Assembly (NCBI GenBank): GCA_965228475.1 | Contig: OZ245817.1 | Coordinates: forward strand, 3,488,001 to 3,552,000 | Source of the DNA: Myxococcota bacterium | Lineage (GTDB): Bacteria > Myxococcota_A > UBA9160 > JAFDDA01 | DNA length: 64,000 bases | Reading direction: 5' to 3' | Part shown: positions 54,398 through 63,506 of the stretch, piece after piece | Position numbering within the stretch: the first letter of the stretch is position 1 | How the letters are laid out: each line of letters begins with the position of its first letter | Program-made: the position numbers and the translations under genes | Notes under the pieces: generated by a model | Seen by the model: the letters and a program-made list of their open reading frames with translations, nothing else | Told to the model about the DNA's origin: nothing | The model's database searches: none

Positions 54398-54995
54398 ACG
54401 CGGCGAGGGCGCGGCTCGCGTCGTCGCTGGCTTCGAGCCCGGCGAGCGTGCCCTCGCGATCCGCCGGCGAGCGGTTCTGGCCGAGCTTGAACTTGGCTTC
54501 GACCCGCTCGACGGGCAGCTCGAAGGCGACGATCGCGCGGCGCATCGCGCGGGCGTACTCCTCGGGCAGGTCCGGCCGCCAGCGGTCGGGCCTGCCCCCC
54601 TCGTAGCGCTCCACCATGGCGTCGAGCATCGCGGCCTTTCGCGAGTCGTCCTCGAGCACGCGCGGGTTCCCATGGGCATGCACGACGGCGTAGTTCCAGG
54701 TCGGCACCGCGGGCATCTTCGCGTACCAGGCCGGCGAGACGTAGGCGTGGGGGCCGTGGAAGATCGCGAGCGCCGGGGTGGCACCGTCGAAGCGTTCGCG
54801 GATGGGGTTGTTGCCCGCGACGTGCCCGACCAGGGTGCCCCACCCCTCCCCTTCACCGCGCTCGAGCACCAGCGGCACGTGGGCCACCTCGACGCCGTCC
54901 GCGCCCGCGGAGACCAGCGTCGCGAAGTCGTAGCGATCGATGAAGCGCAGGAGCGTTTCGCGGTCGTGGACGTCGAAGGCCGGCGGAACGTACAT
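54372..54995 (-). CDS. PaiB-like FMN-binding split-barrel protein
   Basis: MYVPPAF, GPHAYVSPAWY, VPTWNY, KFKLGQNR. Confidence 0.92.
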   Translation of the reverse strand: MYVPPAFDVHDRETLLRFIDRYDFATLVSAGADGVEVAHVPLVLERGEGEGWGTLVGHVAGNNPIRERFDGATPALAIFHGPHAYVSPAWYAKMPAVPTWNYAVVHAHGNPRVLEDDSRKAAMLDAMVERYEGGRPDRWRPDLPEEYARAMRRAIVAFELPVERVEAKFKLGQNRSPADREGTLAGLEASDDASRALAAFTREFLGE

Positions 54996-55003
54996 GGCGG
55001 CCG

Positions 55004-55408
55004 TCAATCCTCTCGCGACGATTGCGGGAACTGCGGCAGGTCGTCACCGATCTCGACCCAACCGGCCTTCGACGCGACGAAGATGTGGGCATCGACCCGG
55101 ACGTCGGCGTCGTCTTCGAGCGTGCCGAGCGCAACGTCGACGAGGTCCGGGGTGCGAGCATCCGCGAAGAGGAGTTTCGCGCCGCAGACGCCGCAGAAAG
55201 ACCGGGTCACGCGCTCCGAAGAGGGGTAGTGGGCGAGGCGGTCCTCGCCGGCCTCGAACACGAGCGCCTCCCGGGTGACGGAGCCATACGTGCCGAAGGC
55301 CGAGCCGTGTCCCTTGCGGCACATCGAACAGTGGCAGTGGGTCACCCGCGAGAACGGCTCGGCGACGCGGTAGCGGATGGCTCCGCAAAGGCAGCTTCCT
55401 CGGGCCAT
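55004..55408 (-). CDS. GFA (glutathione-dependent formaldehyde-activating) family protein
   Basis: GSCLCG, CHCSMCRK, FCGVCG. Confidence 0.92.
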   Translation of the reverse strand: MARGSCLCGAIRYRVAEPFSRVTHCHCSMCRKGHGSAFGTYGSVTREALVFEAGEDRLAHYPSSERVTRSFCGVCGAKLLFADARTPDLVDVALGTLEDDADVRVDAHIFVASKAGWVEIGDDLPQFPQSSRED

Positions 55409-55448
55409 GGGCCGAGGGTATCGCTTCGGGCAGCGAGGCGAAGTCTCG

Positions 55449-56039
55449 CTAGGCGCTGCGCAGGCCCTTCAGGGCGAGATCGACGATCGGGGCCACCATC
55501 TTCGGCTGGAGCTTCGCGCCGGTGAAGAACAGGCGGACGGCGATCGGGCCGACGATCAAGTCGGCGGCGAGCTCGAGGTCGAGCCCCTTCGGGAGTTCGC
55601 CGCGGGCGACGCCGCGCTCGAGGGCGGCGGTCAGCGGGCGGCGCCTGCCCTTCAGCACCGGGTCGAAGAGCTCGGAGAAGGTGTCGTTGTGAGCGCGCTC
55701 CCCGGCCAGGCTCGGGAGGACCGTGGCCAGGGGTGTCGCGTTGAAGAGCTGGAGGTAGCCGCGCAGCATGGCCTTCAGGTCTTCGGCGAGATCGCCGGTA
55801 TCGGCGTCTTCGAGCCGCGGGAGGCCGCCGAACGCCTCGACCACGAGGGGGAGCTTCGAGGGCCAACGCCGGTAGATCGTGGCCTTCCCGACCCCCGCAC
55901 GCTGGGCCACGCCTTCGACGGTCAGGGCCGAGAAGCCGACCTCGGAGAGCAGCTCGAGGGTGGCGTCGAGGATGGCCTGATGGGCCTCCTCGCTCCGGGG
56001 CCGCCCCGCGCTACCACTGGGACCATTCGCCTCTGCCAC
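55449..56039 (-). CDS. TetR/AcrR family regulator, candidate steroid-regulon repressor
   Basis: GRPRSEEAHQAILDATLELL...AGVGKATIYRRWPSK. Confidence 0.93.
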   Translation of the reverse strand: MAEANGPSGSAGRPRSEEAHQAILDATLELLSEVGFSALTVEGVAQRAGVGKATIYRRWPSKLPLVVEAFGGLPRLEDADTGDLAEDLKAMLRGYLQLFNATPLATVLPSLAGERAHNDTFSELFDPVLKGRRRPLTAALERGVARGELPKGLDLELAADLIVGPIAVRLFFTGAKLQPKMVAPIVDLALKGLRSA

Positions 56040-56117
56040 GTCGATTCCTCAATCAGGGCGGTCACTTGCCTGCGAAAGGCGGGGTCCGAGAAGGGGCTCC
56101 CCCCACCGTCGCATTAC

Positions 56118-56140
56118 GATACTATACGTTCCGTTATTGA
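56118..56140 (+). promoter_or_regulatory. Shared operator/promoter motif, copy C
   Basis: GATACTATACGTTCCGTTATTGA between the TetR gene and the flavoprotein operon. Confidence 0.7.
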
Positions 56141-56172
56141 ACGTCACCCACCCATCCGAGGGGCGCACCCGC

Positions 56173-57831
56173 ATGGCCAGCCAGCCGGCGAACTGGGATC
56201 TCGAGACTGACGTGGTGGCCGTGGGCTCGGGCCTGGCCGGCCTGACCGCGGCCATCGTCGCCCACGACCAGGGCAAGGAAGCCGTGGTGCTCGAGAAGGC
56301 ACCGAAGCTCGGTGGCCTGTGCGCCTACGGCGGCGGCGAGGTCTTCTGCCCGAATGGCCGCCACATGAAGGGCATCGGCCAGGACGACAGCGACGAGGCG
56401 GCGGCGGCCTACTTCGATTTCCTCGGCGCGGGCTTCAACGACGCGGCCCTCACCGGGAAGCTCCTCGCCCACTACCGCGAAGCCCTCGAGTACGTCGAGG
56501 ACAAGGCCGGCGTGCCGTGGGAGGCCGTCGACGGGCTGCACGATTACTACTACCCGGATGCGCCGGGCTCGGGCACCGGCCGCTACCTCGCGGTGAAGCT
56601 CTTCGACGGTGCGCAGCTCGGCGAGTGGCAGACGAAGACCTGGGCGATGTCGCCGCACCTCCCGCCCGGCCTCACGCACCGCGAGATGTACGAGTGGGGC
56701 GGCCTCGCGAACGTCACCCAGTGGAACTACGAACTCCTCGGCGAGCGCGCGGCCACGGATCAGCGGAGCTTCGGCCCCGGCATGATGGGCTGGTTCGTGA
56801 AGGCCGCGGTGGTCGATCGCGGCATCGCCGCCCACGTGGAGACGCCGGTGCGCGAGCTCGTCGTCGAAGACGGCCGCGTCCTCGGCGTGCGCGCCGAGAA
56901 GGACGGGCGCGACTTCTTCGTGCGCGCGCGCGCGGGCGTGCTCCTCGCCATCGGCGGCTACGACCACAACAAAGAGATGGCCACGATGTACGAGGAGTGG
57001 CACGAGTGGAACTCCTCCACCCAGCCCTACTTCCACGGCGACCACCTCGTCATGGGCGGCGAGATCGGCGCGGACATCGCGAGCGTCCCGCCCCAGAACC
57101 TCGCCATGTTCTACGGCTACAACATCCCCGGCGAGGAGCACGACGGCGTGCCGCTCTTCCGCTCGAGCTGGGAATGCGGTTGCCCCCATGCCATCTGGGT
57201 GAATCAGGCGGGCGAGCGCTTCACGGACGAGTCCTTCTACAAGGACTACCAGCCGCGCATCCGCCAGCTCGACGGGCGCACCCAGAGCTTCCCGAACCGC
57301 CAGCCGTACCTCGTCTTCGACGGCAACTACCGCGAGCGCTACCCGCTCGGCTCCTACGCCCCGGGCATGGACATCCCGGAAGAGCTGGCCGTCTCGGCCG
57401 GTTCCGTGCGAGAACTCGCCGAGAAGTGCGGCATCGACGCGGACAGCCTCGAGCGCACCCTCGCCGAGTTCAACCAGCACGCCGCCGAGGGCAAGGACCC
57501 GAAGTTCGACATGGGGCACTTCCCCTGGACCCAGGGGCTCGCGGGCGACCCGAACTACCCGAACCCGAACGTCGGAGTCGTCGACAAGCCGCCCTTCTAC
57601 GCCGTGAAGCTCCGGCCCGTCGGCGTCGGCATCAACAGCCACGGCCTGCGCACCAACACCGACGGCCAGGTGATGCACGTGCGCGGGCACGCCATCCCGG
57701 GCCTCTACGCCGCGGGCATCTCCGCCGCGCTGCTCGATCTCGGCGGCGGCTACCAGAGCGGCACGTCGAACATGCGCGCCATCACCTGGGGCTACCTGGT
57801 CGGCCGGCACATGGCCCAGGGCAAGGCCTGA
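56173..57831 (+). CDS. FAD-dependent oxidoreductase, 3-ketosteroid dehydrogenase-like
   Basis: VGSGLAG, LEKAPKLGG, DYYYPDAPG, VNQAGERFTDES, IPGLYAAG. Confidence 0.8.
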   Translation: MASQPANWDLETDVVAVGSGLAGLTAAIVAHDQGKEAVVLEKAPKLGGLCAYGGGEVFCPNGRHMKGIGQDDSDEAAAAYFDFLGAGFNDAALTGKLLAHYREALEYVEDKAGVPWEAVDGLHDYYYPDAPGSGTGRYLAVKLFDGAQLGEWQTKTWAMSPHLPPGLTHREMYEWGGLANVTQWNYELLGERAATDQRSFGPGMMGWFVKAAVVDRGIAAHVETPVRELVVEDGRVLGVRAEKDGRDFFVRARAGVLLAIGGYDHNKEMATMYEEWHEWNSSTQPYFHGDHLVMGGEIGADIASVPPQNLAMFYGYNIPGEEHDGVPLFRSSWECGCPHAIWVNQAGERFTDESFYKDYQPRIRQLDGRTQSFPNRQPYLVFDGNYRERYPLGSYAPGMDIPEELAVSAGSVRELAEKCGIDADSLERTLAEFNQHAAEGKDPKFDMGHFPWTQGLAGDPNYPNPNVGVVDKPPFYAVKLRPVGVGINSHGLRTNTDGQVMHVRGHAIPGLYAAGISAALLDLGGGYQSGTSNMRAITWGYLVGRHMAQGKA

Positions 57832-57836
57832 GCCCG

Positions 57837-58436
57837 GTGGCGGAAGCCGACTACACCACCACCGCGAAGCTCCCGCGCGAGCTCATCTGGGACTTCGTGA
57901 AGGACATGGACAACTTCGCGCCGTTCTTCATGGGCTACCAGGAGCACACCCAGGAGAGCGAGACCGAATCGCTCTGGGTGCTGAAGGGCGACCTCGGCGC
58001 CATGACACGCCTCCTGAAGTTCAAGGTCGACATCACCGAGTGGAACGGCCCCGAGCGCGTGACGTTCACCCTGAAGGGCCTGAACGAGCCGATGACCGGC
58101 GAGGGCAGCTTCGAGATGATGCCCTACGAAACGGCCGAGCAGGCTGCGGCGGTTCCGGCCGAGGCACCCGCCGCGAAGAACCCCCTCGCCCGCTTCTTCG
58201 AGCGGGTCTTCCGATTCTTCTTCCAGCTCGTGCGCGGCACGCCCGAGCGCGCCGAGAGCGCCGACGCCGGACCGGCCGCGGGTACGACGCGCATCCAGTT
58301 CCGCCTGAAGGTCGACCCGGGTGGCCCGATGGCACCCATGATCAACGCCATGATCAAGCCGCTCATGCCGAGCTTCGCCGAGGATTTCGCCGGCAAGCTC
58401 GTCGGACACCTCGAGCAGCAGCATGGCTCGAACTAG
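57837..58436 (+). CDS. CoxG/SRPBCC family protein
   Basis: IWDFVKDMDNFAP..GY, W.LKGD.G, GPMAPMINAMIKP. Confidence 0.75.
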   Translation: MAEADYTTTAKLPRELIWDFVKDMDNFAPFFMGYQEHTQESETESLWVLKGDLGAMTRLLKFKVDITEWNGPERVTFTLKGLNEPMTGEGSFEMMPYETAEQAAAVPAEAPAAKNPLARFFERVFRFFFQLVRGTPERAESADAGPAAGTTRIQFRLKVDPGGPMAPMINAMIKPLMPSFAEDFAGKLVGHLEQQHGSN

Positions 58437-58451
58437 CGAGGAGCATCACCG

Positions 58452-59636
58452 ATGGTGAAGTACAACCCCTTCGACCCCGAAGTCCAGCGCGGCGACACGC
58501 TCGAGGTCTACCGCCAGATGCGCGACGAAGCGCCCTGCTACTACATCGAGGAGTACGACGCCTGGGCACTCTCGCGCTTCCACGACATCTGGGAGGCCTC
58601 CCAGGATACGGAGCACTACACGGCGACGAAGGGGACGACGTCCTCCCACGTGCTGACGAAGGTCCAGCCCGTGACGCCGATGCTCAACCTGATGGATCCG
58701 CCCCAGCACACCCAGCTCCGGCGCGAGATCCGGAAGTTCTTCATGCCCGCGCGCGCGCGGAAGCTCGAGCCGTGGATCCGCGACATCGCCGCCGGCTGCC
58801 TCGACGCCAGGCGCGAAGCCGGAAGCCTCGACATCGTCGGCGACTTCGCGGCTCAGGTCGCGACCAAGGCCGCCTGCGAGGTCAACGGCTTCCCGAAGGA
58901 AGATGGCGACCTGCTGACGGAGCTCGTGCGCCGCTTCTTCGAGCGCGACCCGGAAGTCGAAGGCATGACGGAGGACGCCCTCGCCGCCATGAACGAGCTG
59001 TTCGCCTACTTCATGGAGCTCACCCAGAAGGTCCGGAAGCAGGCCGGCGAGATGACGGTCGTGAAACTGCTGACGGAGATCGAGATCGACGGCGAGAAGC
59101 TCGACGACATGGCGATCGGCTCCCACCTCTCGATGCTGATCATCGGCGGCGCCGAGACCTTCCCGAAGGTCTTCGCCAACCTGATCCGGCGGCTCGGCGA
59201 GCACCCGGACGCGCGCGCGAAGTGCAAGAAGGACCCGTCGCTCATCCCGGACGCCTTCATGGAGGGCCTGCGCTACGACATGCCGACGCAGTTCCTCTGC
59301 CGCACGGTCACGAAGGAACACGAGATCCACGGCGAGAAGCTGAAGCCCGGCCAACCGATCCTCTACCTCTACCCCTCCGCCAACCGGGACCCGCGCGAGT
59401 TCGATTCGCCCGACACCTTCGACATCGAGCGCCGCGCGCCGCGGATCCTCTCCTTCGGCCACGGGACCCACTCCTGCATCGGGCTGCACGTCGCCAAGAT
59501 GGAAGGCCGCATCTGCCTCGAGGAGACGCTGAAGCGGATTCCGGACTACGAGGTCCTGATGGATCAGGCCGACCGGCTCGTGACGGACTTCGTCCAGGGC
59601 TACGCGAAGCTTCCCGTCTCGTTCCAGCCCTTCTAG
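58452..59636 (+). CDS. Cytochrome P450
   Basis: DPPQHT, GGAET, EGLR, SANRD, FGHGTHSCIG. Confidence 0.95.
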   Translation: MVKYNPFDPEVQRGDTLEVYRQMRDEAPCYYIEEYDAWALSRFHDIWEASQDTEHYTATKGTTSSHVLTKVQPVTPMLNLMDPPQHTQLRREIRKFFMPARARKLEPWIRDIAAGCLDARREAGSLDIVGDFAAQVATKAACEVNGFPKEDGDLLTELVRRFFERDPEVEGMTEDALAAMNELFAYFMELTQKVRKQAGEMTVVKLLTEIEIDGEKLDDMAIGSHLSMLIIGGAETFPKVFANLIRRLGEHPDARAKCKKDPSLIPDAFMEGLRYDMPTQFLCRTVTKEHEIHGEKLKPGQPILYLYPSANRDPREFDSPDTFDIERRAPRILSFGHGTHSCIGLHVAKMEGRICLEETLKRIPDYEVLMDQADRLVTDFVQGYAKLPVSFQPF

Positions 59637-59639
59637 GGC

Positions 59640-60401
59640 GTGACCGGTCTCGCGGAACCCGCGATCGGCGGCGCGGTGGTCTCGCTGGTCGAGCCCCACG
59701 CCGGGCAGGCCCGGGCTTTCCACCGCTGGTACGAGCGCGACCACTTCCATGCCGGCTGCATGGCCGGCCCCGGGTTCTTCGCGGGCCGGCGCTACGTCGC
59801 GACGACGGAGGTCGCCGGTTCTCGGGAACCGGCCTGCGCGTGGCCGGGCGACCCGAAGCGCGGCCGGTTCCTCGCGCTGTACTGGCTCGCCCGGGGCGCG
59901 GAAGAGGAAGCCATCGACTGGTCGATCGAGCGCTTCCACGCCCTGCGCGCGGCCGGGCGCATCTTCCGAGAAGCCGATCTGGTCCACGGAGGCTTCTACG
60001 CCTTCGACGGCGCCCTCGCCCGCGACGCCGACGGCGTCCCCGCCACGCTCGCCCTCGACCACGACTTCGCCGGCGTCGCGATGACGCTCGTCGAGACCCA
60101 TGACCGCGAAGCGCTCCGCGCGTGGTTCGCCGCCGAGTTCACGCGCGGGCCGGTCGCCCTCTCCGTCGGACTCGCGCCGCGGCCGCGGCCCCCGGGCGCG
60201 ATCCACGCCGCCGACCCCGCCGCCTACCCGGACCGTATGGCCTGGTTCCACTTCCTCGACGAACCGCCCGCCGCGGCCTGGCCCGATCACGCTGCAGCAC
60301 TCGGGGCACGCCTCGGCGACCCGGCCCTCGGCCGCTGCGTCTTCTCCGCCGCCTTCCTCCCGACGGTGCCCGGCACCGATCGCCACGTGGAAGAGGGCTA
60401 G
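59640..60401 (+). CDS. Hypothetical protein (possible EthD-like barrel)
   Basis: LVEPH...FHRWYERDHFHAG, FLPTVPGTD; in operon. Confidence 0.6.
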   Translation: MTGLAEPAIGGAVVSLVEPHAGQARAFHRWYERDHFHAGCMAGPGFFAGRRYVATTEVAGSREPACAWPGDPKRGRFLALYWLARGAEEEAIDWSIERFHALRAAGRIFREADLVHGGFYAFDGALARDADGVPATLALDHDFAGVAMTLVETHDREALRAWFAAEFTRGPVALSVGLAPRPRPPGAIHAADPAAYPDRMAWFHFLDEPPAAAWPDHAAALGARLGDPALGRCVFSAAFLPTVPGTDRHVEEG

Positions 60402-60406
60402 CGGCG

Positions 60407-61312
60407 TTGTCCGGGAAACCGCTCGCGCTCTCGATCCTCGTCTCCGGCCTCGACCGGCTCTTCGGATCGGACCTCGCACGGCTCCTCGAACTCTCCCGCG
60501 CGGCCGACGCGGCCGGCATCGACCAGCTGGTCCTGCCGGACCACCTGGCGATCGGGACCAGAACGGACCGCTACCCGTATGGCCGGTTTCCCCTTCCGGT
60601 CGAGGAGCCCTGGCTGGAACCGCTCACCGCCCTCGCAGCGATCGCGGGCGCGACCGGGCGGATCCGGCTCGGCACCGGGATCCTGATCGCACCGCTTCGC
60701 CCGGCGCTCCTGCTCGCCAAGACCGCGGCCACCCTCGACGTGCTCTCGCAGGGCCGCCTCGACCTCGGGATCGGAACGGGCTGGCAGCGCGAGGAGTTCG
60801 ACGGCGCCGGGGTCCCCTTCGCCGGCCGGACCGCACGCATGGACGACACGGTCCGTGCCTGCCGCGCGCTCTGGCGCTTCACGCCGGCGAGCTTCTCTTC
60901 GGAGACGGTCTCCTTCCGCGAGCTGCGCTGCCTGCCGCGCCCCGTCCAGCCGGGCGGCCCGCCGATCTGGATCGGCGGCGCCCTCACCGAGGGCAACCTC
61001 GCGCGGCTCGTCGAGTACGGCACGGGCTGGCTCCCGATCGCAGAGAGCGACGAGGCGTGGGCCGCCGGGCGGGATCGAGCCCGCAGCGCCTTCGAGGGCG
61101 CCGGACGCAACCCCGACGACCTGGGCCTTCGCGCGCCCCTGGCCGCAAAGCTCGCGGCCGACGGAAGGATCGACCTCGATGCCACCCTCGCGGAACTGCC
61201 CCGGCTTCGGGCCCTCGGGGCGACCGCGGTCTCGATCCCCCTCGCGCGCTTCATCGCCCGGCCCGAGGAAGCGCCGGCCTTCTTCGAACGCCTCTCTCGG
61301 GCCGAGCGCTAG
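60407..61312 (+). CDS. LLM-class putative F420-dependent oxidoreductase
   Basis: PDH, EPLTALAAIAGAT, LAKTAATLDVLSQGRL, GTGWQREEF; start inferred. Confidence 0.88.
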   Translation: MSGKPLALSILVSGLDRLFGSDLARLLELSRAADAAGIDQLVLPDHLAIGTRTDRYPYGRFPLPVEEPWLEPLTALAAIAGATGRIRLGTGILIAPLRPALLLAKTAATLDVLSQGRLDLGIGTGWQREEFDGAGVPFAGRTARMDDTVRACRALWRFTPASFSSETVSFRELRCLPRPVQPGGPPIWIGGALTEGNLARLVEYGTGWLPIAESDEAWAAGRDRARSAFEGAGRNPDDLGLRAPLAAKLAADGRIDLDATLAELPRLRALGATAVSIPLARFIARPEEAPAFFERLSRAER

Positions 61313-61336
61313 CCCGTATACTGCGAGCCCGAACCC

Positions 61337-62668
61337 ATGCCCTCCTCCCCGACGACCCCCGCGACGACTCCGGCGACGAACGCCGCACCGCCCAGTTCCC
61401 GCTACGCCGCCTACGCGCTCGTCGTCCTGTTCGTCGTGTACGTCTTCAACTTCGTCGATCGCCAGGTGCTCTCGATCCTGATCCAGCCGATCCAGGAGGA
61501 GCTCGGCGTCTCCGACACGGCCATGGGTCTGCTCGCCGGCCCCGCCTTCGCGATCTTCTACACCCTGGCCGGCGTCCCCATCGCGCGCTGGGCGGACACG
61601 GGCTCGCGCCGCAACGTCATCGTCTTCTCGCTCTCGCTGTGGAGCCTGATGACGGCGGCTTCGGGCTTCGCCCGCAACTACGCGATGCTCGCCCTGGCCC
61701 GCATCGGCGTCGGTGCGGGGGAGGCCGGCGGCACGCCGCCTTCGCACTCGCTCCTCTCGGACTACTTCCCGCCCGAACGCCGTGCGACCGCCCTGGCGCT
61801 CTACGGCAACGGCATCTACATCGGCTCGGGCCTCGGCATCATGGCGGGCGGCCTGCTCGAGCAGTACTTCGGCGACTGGCGAAACGCCTTCTTCGCCGTC
61901 GGCCTGGCGGGTCTCCCGCTCGCCGTGCTCGTCTACTTCACGATCCGCGACGTGCCGCGCGGGGTGAACGACCCCCCGCGCAGCGTGGATGACGATCGCC
62001 CCGCGGCCGACGCGGCCGACGAGACCTTCTTCAGCGTGATGCGCTTCCTCTTCTCGAAGCGCGCCTTCGCCTGGCTGGTGACCGGCGCCTGCTTCAAGGC
62101 GATCGCGGGCTACGCCGTCCTGACCTGGGGCGCGGTCTTCCTCGGCCGCGTCCACGGCATGGACCGCGCGGAGATCGGCGCACTCTTCGGCCCGACGATC
62201 ATGATCGGCGGATGCGTCGGGGTGAGTCTCGGCGGCTGGCTCGCGGACCGCCTCGGCGCGCGGGACGCCCGCTGGTACATGCGCATGCCCGCCATCCTCT
62301 CGGTGATCGCGCTTCCCCTGGCCCTCGGCTTCGCCCTCGCGCCGGACAAGCGGACGGCGATCGCGTGCTTCGTGCCCTTCTACGCCCTGGCGAACATGTA
62401 CGTCGGGCCGCTCTGGTCGACCGCCCAGAACCTCGCCCGGCCGAGCATGCGCGCAACGGCTTCCGCGGTGCTGCTCTTCATCTTGAACATCTTCGGCCTC
62501 GGCCTCGGGCCCTTCCTGGTCGGCCTCGGCAACGACCTGCTGGCCGAGCGCTACGGCGCGCTCTCGGTCCGCTACTCCCTCGTCGCGGTGCTGCTGCTCT
62601 CGGCCGCGGCCTGCGTCCCCTTCTGGCTGGGTTCGAACCACCTGCGGAAGGAGCTCGCGGATGTCTGA
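61337..62668 (+). CDS. MFS transporter (spinster-like)
   Basis: NFVDRQVLSIL, ARIGVGAGEAG, SLLSDYFPPERRA. Confidence 0.92.
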   Translation: MPSSPTTPATTPATNAAPPSSRYAAYALVVLFVVYVFNFVDRQVLSILIQPIQEELGVSDTAMGLLAGPAFAIFYTLAGVPIARWADTGSRRNVIVFSLSLWSLMTAASGFARNYAMLALARIGVGAGEAGGTPPSHSLLSDYFPPERRATALALYGNGIYIGSGLGIMAGGLLEQYFGDWRNAFFAVGLAGLPLAVLVYFTIRDVPRGVNDPPRSVDDDRPAADAADETFFSVMRFLFSKRAFAWLVTGACFKAIAGYAVLTWGAVFLGRVHGMDRAEIGALFGPTIMIGGCVGVSLGGWLADRLGARDARWYMRMPAILSVIALPLALGFALAPDKRTAIACFVPFYALANMYVGPLWSTAQNLARPSMRATASAVLLFILNIFGLGLGPFLVGLGNDLLAERYGALSVRYSLVAVLLLSAAACVPFWLGSNHLRKELADV

Positions 62669-62712
62669 CCGGGTCGCCGCGAACGAGATCACGAACCTCT
62701 GACGGGAGAACC

Positions 62713-63498
62713 ATGTCCTTCGAGAACCTGCTGTATGAAGTCGATGCCGGCGTCGCGCGGATCGCGCTGAACCGCCCGAAGGCGGCCAACGCCATCGATC
62801 TCGCGACGGCGCGGGAGCTGATGGAGGCCGCGCTCGCCGCGGACGAAGATCCGGCCGTGCGCGCGGTGCTCGTCACGGGCGAGGGCAAGATGTTCTGTGC
62901 GGGGGGCGATCTCGGATCCTTCCGCAGCGTCGGCGACGGCGTCCCGGCTCTGCTGAAGGAGATCACGACCTACCTGCACGCCGCGATCTCCCGCTTCGCG
63001 CGGATGCGCGCCCCGGTCATCGCCGCGGTGGACGGCGCGGCGGCCGGGGCCGGCTTCAGCCTGGTCTGCGGCATGGACCTCGTGCTCGCTTCCCCGAACG
63101 CCCGCTTCACGATGGCCTACACCCAGGTCGGCCTCGCTCCCGACGGCAGCTCGAGCTACTGGCTCCCGCGCATCATCGGCCTGCGCCGGACGGCGGAGCT
63201 CATGCTCACGAACCGCCGGCTCTCCGCGGAGGAGGCGCAGGCGTGGGGCATCGTGAACCGGATCGTCGCCGAGAGCGTCGAGGACGAGGCACTCGCCCTC
63301 GCGAAACAGCTCGCCGCCGGCCCGACGGAATCCTTCGGCCTCGTGAAGAAGCTCCTGCTCGCGACCGGCAACAACGGGCTCGAGACCCAGATGGAGCTCG
63401 AGAGCCACGCGATCTCCGACGCCGCACGCACCGACGACGCGAAGGAAGGCATGGCCGCCTTCTTCGAGAAGCGAACGCCGACCTACCAGGGACGCTAG
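62713..63498 (+). CDS. Crotonase-fold enoyl-CoA hydratase/isomerase (PaaG-like)
   Basis: LNRPKAANA, FCAGGDL, GAAAGAG, GLAPDG. Confidence 0.9.
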   Translation: MSFENLLYEVDAGVARIALNRPKAANAIDLATARELMEAALAADEDPAVRAVLVTGEGKMFCAGGDLGSFRSVGDGVPALLKEITTYLHAAISRFARMRAPVIAAVDGAAAGAGFSLVCGMDLVLASPNARFTMAYTQVGLAPDGSSSYWLPRIIGLRRTAELMLTNRRLSAEEAQAWGIVNRIVAESVEDEALALAKQLAAGPTESFGLVKKLLLATGNNGLETQMELESHAISDAARTDDAKEGMAAFFEKRTPTYQGR

Positions 63499-63506
63499 GA
63501 GCCGAC

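Noticed and set aside
55449..56039. Naming this TetR kstR2, or the neighbouring flavoprotein kstD
   Set aside because: I saw no KstR2-type operator, and by-eye similarity is not enough to assign orthology
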